Source of the DNA: Schizochytrium sp. TIO01 | Lineage: Eukaryota > Protista > Bigyra: Labyrinthulomycetes | DNA: 64,000 nucleotides | Assembly (NCBI GenBank): GCA_004764695.1 | Contig: SMSO01000033.1 | Coordinates: 2,604,001 to 2,668,000 of the forward strand | Reading direction: 5' to 3' | Shown here: piece by piece, positions 12,739 to 23,957 of the stretch | How positions within the stretch are numbered: the first letter of the stretch is position 1 | Layout of the letters: each line of letters begins with the position of its first letter | Made by a program: the position numbers and the translations under genes | Notes under the pieces: generated by a model | Databases searched by the model: none | What the model saw: the letters and a program-made list of their open reading frames with translations, nothing else | Told to the model about the DNA's origin: nothing

Positions 12739-15700
12739 ACAAATGCCACTTTTTTAGTTAAAATAAAATAGGAATTGCCTGCTCTCTTTTCATGAGCTTT
12801 CTTCTTTCATTACTTTGCACATCGTTCTCTGCTAATAAATAATAAATAAACTTGGCTTTCGGAAAACTTTCGAGCAAAAGCACCACCGAAGCCAAAAACT
12901 ACAAATTAAAAGCGGCCACCTCAGCGTATATGCGCAAAGCTGGAATCCCAAGCGCTTAAACCAACCGTCTTCTTCGCTTCAAAGGTCCCGCGGGATCAGA
13001 CAGACCATCGTTTTGTTTCAAGTCCTTTGAAGCCTTTCTGTCCCTTGAATGACGTGGGACGAGACCCATTTGCGCCAGGTGGAACAGAACAGGCAGGGTG
13101 CACCAGAACAGAACAGAACGAAGTAGAACGGAAGGCGTGGTTTGGAACGGAGCCAAAGGGAAACCACGCGAATGCTTTGCAGGATGCTACGATCGATCCA
13201 TCGACACTGAGCGAGCAAGTTTGGGCAAAACCCGTAGCCCTTCGACAAAAGGTGAGCAAAACCTGCAAAAGACCCAGCCTGCGTGCGTGTCTGCTTGCCT
13301 GTGCATCGTTCGGCCAAGTAAAGGGAGCTCTAGAACCCAAGAATCGTGAAAAGGGCAAAACCAACCAAGAATAGGCGATTCGAAGATGGAAACAGCCAAA
13401 GATTCTTTCGTTTCTCCTGCGCCTCACACCTACTCATCTAACCTGTATGCAGGCCTTACAGGCGCGTTCCGTTCCAGACGCGTGTTCCGGACCTGCGCCT
13501 CTCAAGGTTGGCTCTCCTTCTTTCCATCAAAACTGATGACGTCGAGTTGCGGCACCATTACGCGCAGGTGCACGAGCCTTCCCAGTTTGGGTTAGGAGGT
13601 CCGTAGGAGGTCCTAATTAGGGTGGGCTAGCGGGCGGTAGGAGTCCGCTGCTAGCCCGTTCTTCGCGTTCCTTGTGTTCTTCTTTGGGTGCCTGGGTCGA
13701 ATTAAGAGATGACGGATTGGGATTGGAATGGATAGAGAGAGAGGAGGGTTGAATGGTGCTGGGAGACAGAGAGATGGCTCAGTTTGGATGGAGTGAGGAG
13801 ATAATGTGGCTGCTTTATGGGTGGATGAAGGAGAGAGAAAGGTTTTCTTGAAGGTAGTGGAGAAAGTTGGAAAGAGAAGTGGTGGAGGTACTAACCTTTG
13901 ATAGCCTCTGCTTCACAGTTATAGTCATAGTATTTCATTTTTACTTTTATTTTCATTTTCATTTTCATTTTTTATTTTTACTTTTATTTTGAAAGTAAAT
14001 GAATGAATAATAAATGAATAACTTGAAACAGGTACATGATTTTATAATTATAAAAGTTTATAGGCTTCTGACCTGAGCTTTTTCATAAATTAAAAATGTT
14101 TAGAAATTTATTTATTTATTTATTTATAAAAATGGTTTTGACGATCAAGAAAGAGCAAATCTGCGAATAAATAAATATGAAAGAAAGAAAGAAGGAAAGA
14201 ACGGCCAATCTGCTTTCGCTGAAGGCGCGAACTCGAGAGAGAAGCGCTTCAGCGCCTGCGCTTCTCACGATCACGAGGTCGCTGCCTCAGCTTAAGCAGC
14301 AGGCACGACCCGTGTCACCGTCTACGCTGAAGAAAGGCAATCAGAAGAAGCGGGCGGAAAGCCAATTTAATAAAATACACGAACTAAAATAAATACACAA
14401 AATACGCATCGGTGGGTGTCCAAAAAGGGACTGCCGCGAAATGAAGATTGGATTGAGAAATGATTCCGCGAAGCTTTTTTTTTAATGCTTTTGAGAGAAA
14501 CAAAGCAGAGCGTTGTCTTTGTTCTTCAAGATGGAACTCGTGTAACAATGCAATGTTACACAGCCGTCGACCAACCAGATCAGGGACCTCTCTGCATACC
14601 TGGGAGCGAAGACGTGCGGAAAAGCTCGCCTAGCACGAAACCGAAAGATTGACTTGGTGGCTGCCTGTCATTCAGTAGAGTGCAACGATTGATGATTGCA
14701 AAAATGAATGAATGCGAGGGTCTAGGGTACTGAGATTGCCACGATCTTGATCTGGAGGTGCCACGATTCGATGCAGTATATCTATCTCATGTACGCATGT
14801 TGTCATGGATGGCACATACAGCTCGGAGAAGACGCAGGAACAAGCAAGGTGGACATTACAGAGGCTGACGACATTGCAGAGACTGACGGAATGTAGGGAC
14901 CTACGTGGTTGAGGAAGGCTTCTGAAAGAAATGCCAGCTAGCGTTGACCCTGTTGGAAATTCTGTGGTGCTTGTTTATCTGCTTGTTTGTGTGATGATTG
15001 ATCGATTGATTGTTTACTTCGTTTTCTTCGTTTGCGTGAATACTTGGCGCGTCGAGCAGAAAGGGTGAAGACAGAAACATGATGTCATATCAGGATCTAA
15101 GTTATATCAGGATCTACTACTTCCTAAGCACCTATGCGGTGGTGGAGTTGGTAGGGGTACCTAGGTGCGACCAAGACAGATCTGCTCTAGTAGGGTTTGG
15201 TGAGTATATTGATGCACACCAAGTTGAAATAGAAAGCTACCGTGGAATGTGCAAGAGAGACAAAAAAACCAGGCATGCATAGGAAGAATCTCGCACATCA
15301 TTTGCAAAGAAGGCTCTATCCAAACAAAAAAACTAACAAGAGGAGAAATACAGCAAAGGAATTCACGAGGGAAACCAAGGACTTATCTATCCATCTCACT
15401 TCCCCGAACCTCCTTCAATCCAAGGCCTTAAGCAGAATAAAGTACTTATCAAGTAGATCTAGTTCTTTTCGAATTGCAAAACCCGCCACAGTCCGCTCCC
15501 AAAGAAGAAGGCCTAAGTAGTTTTTAAGGGAGGTGAACGGCGAATTGTAGACGGAAAAGGGCAAAATGATGCTTTCTATACAATCTGCATCATAATTTCA
15601 AACACTGTGATACAAAGCTTGTCCCTATGCTGTGCCTTTTACCATGCCGCTCTATGCGGAGATTTCCTGAATAAAATGCATAGAGCGCTTTCCGTTCTTT

Positions 15701-18700
15701 AACATAGAATAGGCATTCACTCCGATCAAGACATGTAATAGTCGGAAGATCATGGTTCGTATAAAATTTACCAATGTAAAGTTTACCTCTGGAGACATTC
15801 CTTGCAATACTTGAGATTGATGAGGAAAGGTTAAAATTTCTACAGCACAGAAAAGAAAAGGGTTCTGAGCTGACAGCCGTTCTTAAACAGCTGTTTTGAA
15901 ATTGGTCAGAGCATGCGTAGAAAATAAAATACAAAGCTTGTAAGTACAATTTTAGAGACTGCTTGAGATAGAAACTTCGAGTACTCTCTCGATATAGATG
16001 AGCTGTCACAATGAAGCAGCTTTGCTTTTGTTATATTTTTGTGAGGAATCGATGGGATGCACATTTTATTTCTTTTGAACCACTATAATCTTTTTCTATG
16101 AAACGATCCAATTAGGGATAATATATGTATCACTGCAACCATAATCTCATTAGAGATAGAAATTCATGAGCCTTCCATAGATTACCGTATTACCCATCTG
16201 CCAAGAGATAGATAAATAACTCATGTTAGGAACGAGGTCTAGGGTAGTGAGAACTTTTCTTCTTGAGAAGGGCGGGTTCTTTTTTTAGAGGCGTGAACTT
16301 GTAATAACCTAGATAGCAGTATCCTTACACACACTAAAGTTGCAAAAGTGTCTTTTCAAACCAATCATTGAGAGGCCGGAACGTATGCCACTCCGGTTCC
16401 TGCTCAGAGAGAATTTTAATTTTGCTCAGCAGAGCTTCGTTCGCTCGAAGTTGAATAGGATTACAAAAGTAAAACGACAAGGTGGTTCTTTAAAGGATAA
16501 TCATTATTCCAAATACGTATTATCCTTCACGAAATCAAATCGTTAGATTCAGATACTTTTTGAAAGACAGAAAACTATATTTCTTTCTTTTCTTTTTTTC
16601 TTTTTTAATAGACGTATGCCGCTCAACACTCTTTTTCTTTTCTATTTTTCAAAATGCTGCGATCCATGAAATCCGCTATTCTTACTACCATAAATATGCC
16701 CCATTTCTAAAAAAGGTGCTTTACATTCGCCAGCTGTCCCATTCTCTCTGCATGCAATGTAAAATGGACGAACAATTTTAACATTAAAAGTAAAATTAAA
16801 TACAAACGGGGGAAAATCTCAAGAGTTTTAAGCGTATATCGCTCAGAGTTTGCACTATGTAACAATCAAACTCAAAGCGAACAAAGCACGACAAAGAGTG
16901 GAAAGTATTCAAGAAAAGAAGAACTTCACATCCTAATGAGCTGTTAACAACTTTCCTAGACGTGGAGAACTGATGGTCGGGCCGGGCGGTGATTTTTCGG
17001 AAATGTCTACTACAAACCCGTCTTTGAGCCGAAGAAGATCAACCTTAAAATGTGAGGTCAGCGTGACCCAAATTCCCGCGAAAACATCTCTCCAATGATC
17101 TCTTCAGTCTGTAAACTGTTTCTCGGCATTCGTTATCATGAATCAGCCGTGGAACTGTTCCAGGTTGGCATACGCATGTAGTCTTTCAGACAAAGTCTGT
17201 AAGTCTCATTTGAAAGATTTTTTCCCTTTTAAAAAAATAAAATAAAATGTCAGTGTCTTCAACTTGTTTTCTAATTTTTAAAATAAGTAAGTAAATGTGT
17301 TTCTAGACTATATGATAGATAGTGAACAAAGTGTTTACATGGCAAGCTTTCAATACCTTTTATGATCTTGTTAAGGCCCCTAAAACGATACCTTTTAAAA
17401 TAATTATACTCTGTAAGTTTTTAAAATGGCCATGTCTTCACATTCTGCTTAAACCCTTTTTTGCACATTATGCCTGAACGTTAATCTCTCGAAGCTTTGT
17501 AACAACCTAAAGCGTCAAATCGACATGGAAGAATTGCATTATACCGATATGTCGATCTCGCATTGAAGATACGTACTTTTTAAAGTACCTACTATTAATG
17601 CTCGGGTGGCGGGCGGCCGTCGGGCATCAAAGTTTTGCTTCTTTTCTCGTGGACATCATGTCTCGCATATTGTTTCGATAGCCACAACCATTCCTCTGCA
17701 ACCCTGCAATTTGGCCCAAACTATAGTAGATCGCTAGAGGCTTTACTGGGTCTTGTACCACTGATTTTCGTGTCAGCTTCATTAGACTTGGTATCAAGCT
17801 GCTCCTTAGAGTGTCTGCTTCTTCCTAAATCTTTCTATCGGAAATCCGAATTTGGACCGAAGTGAGACCTTCTTCCCCGCACTTTGAAAGAGAAATCAAC
17901 CACGCCTCAGAAACCTCAAGTGATTACCCACACCGCGGAACTTCTTGCCCGACTGATTGCCGTGCGGACGATTTCGCCGCTCCACAAGTTGTGGAGTTTA
18001 CTTCGCCCCGCGGTGCGAGCCTTTTAGCTCGAGTGCTTGCTCTTACACTTTTTATTTTAGAAATCCTTTTTTATTTTGGAGTATACAAACAAACTCTCGA
18101 AAATGAAATCCCATCATGTGCACAGAGGCAGATTCGTCTCATCTAATGTCCAGTGTATGGGATTTTACTCATGGATAGTTTTTTTTTTAATGCAGATTCT
18201 CAACATGTTTTGCACTCAAACACTCATCCAATCCTAGTAAAGGGTAGATATGTTGCCTGCAATATATTGTCCCGATTCTATATGTGGTGCTGGTTCTGAA
18301 ACAAACGTCGCAGTGGAGCCCTCATAATGCTATACTTTCCCTGCGCTTAAGCCTATTCGCAGCTTCTCGCAGCTTCTATTTTCACTTTACCCATAATTTC
18401 AAAATTCTTCATTCCTTTCTCCTTTCTTTAATTAACCTTCTTTCATAAGTGTTTTTTTATTTATTTATTCATTTCATTTATTTATTCATTATTTTTCATA
18501 ATATATAATAAGAGAAAACATTTTTTTTAATACTTTCGTTTTCTGTTCTTTTCATAGGATCTACATAGTAAAACTTAGCCTGCATTAGAATATTGCGTGC
18601 CATAAAAGAAAAGGGTGCTACCAAACAACGCGTCATTCTTCGTTTAAAGTACGCTGCACAGAGAGAGGTCACCCATGACAAGTACCGTAGCTTTGGCGTA

Positions 18701-20351
18701 TGCGACGATGACGCGCCTCATCTTCTCTGCAACCTGAGAGCAACAGCTTCCTTCACGAAAGTAACACTCGTTTCGCAGGTTTTGAAGAGGTTTAAAACCC
18801 TTCACAATACTCGGCCAAAGTTAAAAGTGCTATGGAAAGAAGCAGATTTGAAGTTGGCTCAGGATCAGTAAATTGTGGAATGAATGGAGCGCATGGATAA
18901 AAGCGATGGGAGGGCATTTTAAAGGACGGCTACTTCGATTTGAAAGAGGGAAGAGAAAAAAAATAGCGGAGATTCTACGCAATTGCGCACAAGTATTCGG
19001 AAGAGGATGCTTGCTGGGTTTGTGTTCAATATTGAAGATGGTCAAGGCATTATAGGCTAGAGAACTTTTGACAAATTGGATAAGTGCTTTGCAAACTCTG
19101 GAGAGAATATTTTCAAAGCTGAGTGAACACAATAGGAGTGTGAACTAACCATTTTAAAAAGAAGCTCTGAAGTGCCCACAACGATTAAAAATGAAAAATG
19201 AAAACCTGATAATGCTCTCATAAAAGGTACCGAGATTCAAGTGCCGAGATTGCAAATCGAGGAGTCATGGGGACAAGAGATTATCCGAGTCCTTGGCTCA
19301 CTACTGTAAGTCCCAACATATTAAAAGTGGTGCATAAAAAGAGAAAGACTAACAGATACAAAGATACGAGGCTAAGGAGACTCAAGAGCAAGAGTACACG
19401 ATATGGTCGAGTGAATATGTAAGGTCAAACTTCAATTCGTGACTGAAGAAATGAGTTAGCCTAACCTCTTGAGTGTTTTTAAAAACAGATCATGTCTGTT
19501 TTAGTCTCCAAATTAGAGTATGGACTAGCTCACCTTACTGTTTATATCCACAATCAGTAGATAGCTAACTCTGTAAGCCTGAGCATATAATGTTTTGGTG
19601 GGGTTTTAACGCATGTCAAGCGTCTGCCCTTCGTCTTCCTAGTCAATCTCTGGCTGATCAAATACTATCTTTCAGCAGAAAGTGCAATGCTTGAAGCGAA
19701 CCAGACGACCAGGTCAAGAAAAACGGTTATTAACTAGAAATTTTGTCAGATTAGACATGTTGTTACTTTGAGAAACAAAGGTTGCAAGCCCAAGGCGCAA
19801 CTTGAAGCAAAGGAATCTTGATGTTGCAAAGTTCAATCATGCGAAACGAAGTTACAAAGTATTACAATGGCATCTTCGGGGCTGAGGAAAAAGACCCCGG
19901 AAGATGTTTGCAATTCACTATTGCATTTTAATGACTCTTTTGATGAGCGGTTATGAATGGCCGGCCATAAACACATGTCAAAACACGTCCTCCTTTCTTG
20001 GTGGTTATCAAACTTTGCTGTTGCCCTCCGTTTGTTAACTATAGGATTAGACTAGAATACCTTGTGGAGCAGATTGTTGCTGGATTTTTAAAAAAATGTG
20101 GACCTGTTGAGGGGAGAGCTCTAGCAATGCCTGAGTTATACAAAATTTGAGAATATTCGAATCGTTGGCGGTATGTAACTAAATAAGAGAGATTAGCAGA
20201 TTGGAGAACCTCTATGTTGATCACTAGGGTTGATGTTGCAGATGAAGACTTTCTCTTTCTGTGGGTTTCCTCGTTGCAATTTTATATATTTCCAGGTTGC
20301 TAGAGGACATGTTGAAAAATAGAAAGTAAAGAATCACTGATTTATCTATAT

Positions 20352-21197
20352 TCAAAGTTCTTTGTCCTCCTGTTTGGGCTGGCCTTGCGTAAGAGTAAAG
20401 TCAATCACCTGCAAAACCTCCGGGGTCAGTAGACGTGTGCCAGTTCTCCATCGCTGAGCAAGCTTGCCGGTCTTGTCGACCAAGAAAAACTCAAAATTCC
20501 AGCGAATGTGTGCCTCCGCATCCCCTTCACGGCAATGCCCACACGTTTTACGGCACTGGACTTTTCCGTTCAATGATGAGCAGGATTCTTGGTCTGTATT
20601 AATTAAATCATAAGTAAGTATGTCAATAGCATAGTACCATTCAACATCATATTGTTAGCAACTTCATTTGTGTTTTGTGGGCTTGGCCTTTGTGAAAGAA
20701 TAAATTAACGTACCACGAGAACAATTGTTATCAAGATCAATACAGCTTTGGTCCTTCAGAAACCTGAAAAGGGCATTGGTCTCCGGACCATTTACCTCCA
20801 TGAGTTCCAAGAGACGGAAATTGGCTTCTTTGGATGCTGCAAAATCCAAAATCCGGTTCGCTTCCGGAAACTCCTGGTTACCGAACTGAGCGCATGGTGC
20901 GCCAAGAACAACAAGCTCAGATCCATAACGGGACGCAATAGCGCGGAGATCCTGGTATCCACTCTCAGTGTACCCGCATTTTGATGCAACATTCGCAATT
21001 AAGATCGGGTGTCCTTCAAAGTCCTTGAACTTTACTTCTGACCCATCGTCCAAGAACTTAACGCCATGAACCTCAAAGATGGTTTCTGGTACGGCCTCAC
21101 TGCTAAAGAGGAGCAACAGCAGCAGCACGAGCACAAGCGCTATGTACTTCCCTAAGTACAGGTAGCTTCCTGACGGAGTTGCCGTCCTCCTAGCCAT
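20352..21197 (-). CDS. GPX: Cys-type glutathione peroxidase with N-terminal signal/anchor, internal ShKT domain and C-terminal DKEL; 2 exons (21197-20714, 20593-20352), 241 aa
   Basis: GPx motifs NVASKCG, PCAQFGNQE and WNFEFFLVD; 120 nt intron GTACGT...TACAG (20713-20594) joins the two ORFs in frame as ..CSR-D-QESC.. Confidence 0.93.
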
Positions 21198-21522
21198 TCT
21201 CTTCGTTAGCTACGCTCCTTTTTCACTACGCAACCCTCGGATCTCGGAGGCACACCAACTCCAATTTGGCACAATCCTTCAGACCAAAGCTCTTAGGAAA
21301 GACCTAGGAAACTTGACACCTGCCACCGAGTTTGGGTTTGGCTTGAAGAAATTGTATCAGGCTCTGCTCTTGATCTTCCCTAGGTAGGGTAGGCTTTAGT
21401 AAGTACTAACCTACTACTACCTTGAATAGAGCATAGACTAATAAAAGAACCTTATATTCTGATGATGGAGTAAAGGAACGCAACGCAGATCAGAAACTAT
21501 TCTTTTGACCGAAGTAGAAAAG

Positions 21523-21999
21523 ATGTCTGACAAATTGCGCGACGCTCAGCAAACGTTGGACGGTACGTTGACGCCTCTCCAGGCCACTTCCTTCCTTTCG
21601 TCAGCTTTCCTTGCGAGATGCTGGATTGCGAAGACGACGAGAAAGGCGGTTTCACAGCACCACGATGAGTGGTATAGGATGTGTGACTAACGGACGAGGT
21701 ATTTTGGGGCTTTTCGGATATTGTCAACGCTTGTCGTGGAAACGACGAACACGGATAACACCTGGTTACTTGGCGGTGTGGAATGACCTTCTCTGATTTG
21801 AATTGAGGATGTTGTAGTGCTCTTGGAGCTGTCTAACTTGCTCAATACAGGACTTGATCGTGAATCATTGGCAATTCTAGTCAGTTTGTGCGAGAATGGA
21901 GTTAATCCTGAAGCACTTGCTATGGTCGTGAAGGAGCTCCGTCGTGAGGCTGCCAGCATGCAGAGGGAAACTGATCAAAGTACTGCTGAAACTGCTTAA
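21523..21999 (+). CDS. MZT1: Mitotic-spindle organizing protein 1 (MOZART1/GIP); 2 exons (21523-21562, 21818-21999), 73 aa
   Basis: Spliced product [57 protein letters not shown] matches the MZT1 signature; intron GTACGT...TAG at 21563-21817. Confidence 0.93.
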
Positions 22000-22919
22000 A
22001 ATCCATTTCCTCTTCTTTGAAGGCACTGATTTATCAAGATTAGTATATAGCTTTGGACGATGCCATATACATTCATTTCTTATGACATCACATTATAAGA
22101 AGCGAAGGTCTCTGTTTTTAATGGTCGCCTTGGCAAAACAAATGGAAATCAGGCACCAGTGATAGTTCCGCGAGTGCTCAAACAAAGTGTCAGCATGTTT
22201 GTGCTGTTCTTATGTACATGACGCACATGTGGTTTATCATCCTTGCATCTCCATTCGCAAGCATCGATATTTTCGGTTATAGAAACCATTGTATTATTAT
22301 CAAGAGAAGAAAAAAGAAAGGAAAAGATACAAACTTTGAAGTTGCAGTGGTTAGCTTTAGAGCCTCCCAGCAATTGGACTCCCCTTTCGTTGGGTTTTAA
22401 AAGTATCAGAATATATGTTGTATTTTCTTGTGATTTTAAATTATCTGCGCCCCCATGACTACAAACAGCAGACATGTGCCTTGACGAAAGATTCATAATG
22501 GAACAAAGTGAAACTGATAAATGCTTCGAAGCTTCTTTTCGCAATTCATCAGGGTTTTTTCTTCAGATACGTGAAATTAGTGATAAGTAAAATGAGTTTA
22601 ATTTAAGGTAGAGAACAAAAAACAAAGGGTTTCGGAAACAGGAAGGTGCTGGCAGCAGACATTACTGGCCTCATGAAGAATGATGACATCTTTTGACCTA
22701 GGACAATATAACAATTGACCAAACGATAGGGAATTGCATTTCCCCTCACCTGTTCCGCTTATGGTTCATCTATTTAGATTGTGTGAAAGAGGCGTAAGCC
22801 TATAAAAATGTGGCACACTAGCCAGAGAGGAAAGCTATCGCATGGCTCTCTTTGCAAACACATGCGTACCAACGACGGTGTCGAAGACATTTACTCTATG
22901 ACAAGAGGAGAAAAAAGTT

Positions 22920-23474
22920 CTATCCTAAATGACCCAACCTTGCCTTTGCGCGGTTGAGAGCCTGCAGTGTTGCCATCTGCTTTGTGAATTGAGTCACAGC
23001 TTCCTGCAACAATGGATATGCTGCCCCATCATTTGTATCGTTCCTCTGGAGATTATTTGCCGGCGCCTTCTTAGAGCTGGCCTGGGCAGTTCGTGGAACA
23101 TGAAACTCCGCTTCGCCATGAAGGATTTGAGCATTCACGTGCATCCACATGGGCGAGGCCTGAGCTCCTTGCAGCACAAAAGTTGCATTACGACCATCCT
23201 CAAAGAGCAGCATCTGATCCAGCTCCATGCTAAACCAGTCTTGCGCTCTGTCGATGGTGTGCGGTGCATCTCCGAGCTGCACGACTTGCTTGTAATTTTC
23301 ACGATCGCCTCGGCGCGAGATGGTCACCATAGAGCAAAAGTGGTTTTTGATACGCAAGCCCCGCAATCTTCCCACATCTGCCGCGTCAACAACAACCTGG
23401 ATTTCCTGGCTGCCTATTCTCGCATCCTGAGTCTTGGACGTCACCAAAGAAGTTGAAGACGAAGGCAAGGACAT
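22920..23474 (-). CDS. NICN1: Nicolin-1-like protein (tubulin polyglutamylase complex subunit), 184 aa
   Basis: Ordered motifs R.G..I.V, KNHF, PH..D.AQDW.S..DQML and Q.SPMW resemble animal NICN1 as recalled (KNYY, PHSEEGAQEYVS..QML, QPSPLW); not search-verified. Confidence 0.6.
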   Translation of the reverse strand: MSLPSSSTSLVTSKTQDARIGSQEIQVVVDAADVGRLRGLRIKNHFCSMVTISRRGDRENYKQVVQLGDAPHTIDRAQDWFSMELDQMLLFEDGRNATFVLQGAQASPMWMHVNAQILHGEAEFHVPRTAQASSKKAPANNLQRNDTNDGAAYPLLQEAVTQFTKQMATLQALNRAKARLGHLG

Positions 23475-23957
23475 GGCAACCGATTCTGGCAGACACTCAA
23501 TTATAGACAGAAGCTACGCAAACCGGGAAAAAGACTACTCAGTGCCACAAATGGTTACCGAAGGAACCTCTGCAGAGCCTACGCCTTGAGGAAGCAGCAG
23601 GCGGATGCCCTTTCCCAGCGATTGATGTGAGAACTACTGCAGGTTTGCAGGGATTATTAAACCTGCAGGGACTATTTCTGTTTGTTTTGCATTTTCTCTT
23701 TTCTACTCTCTAGAGTCTTCTAACGTTGTCTTTTTGTTCTTTTGTTCTTTTGTTCTTTCTGTTCTTTTCAAAGTTTTGCGAGCTCTCTTCGAAGGTTAAC
23801 GAAATTGATGCACAGGGTCAACTCATCTATGCATTCGTGGAGATGTAGAAGATCACTGTAAGACAGACGAATGTGAAAGGCCTACAACAGATAAGCTAAA
23901 GCTTCTGCATAAAAGGTGCCTTTAGTGTTGTATGGAAAAAGTACAAATGAAGGCGTG

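Noticed and set aside
21563-21817. Possible intronic snoRNA in the MZT1 intron
   Set aside because: Box C is imperfect, and there is no terminal stem or identifiable guide sequence
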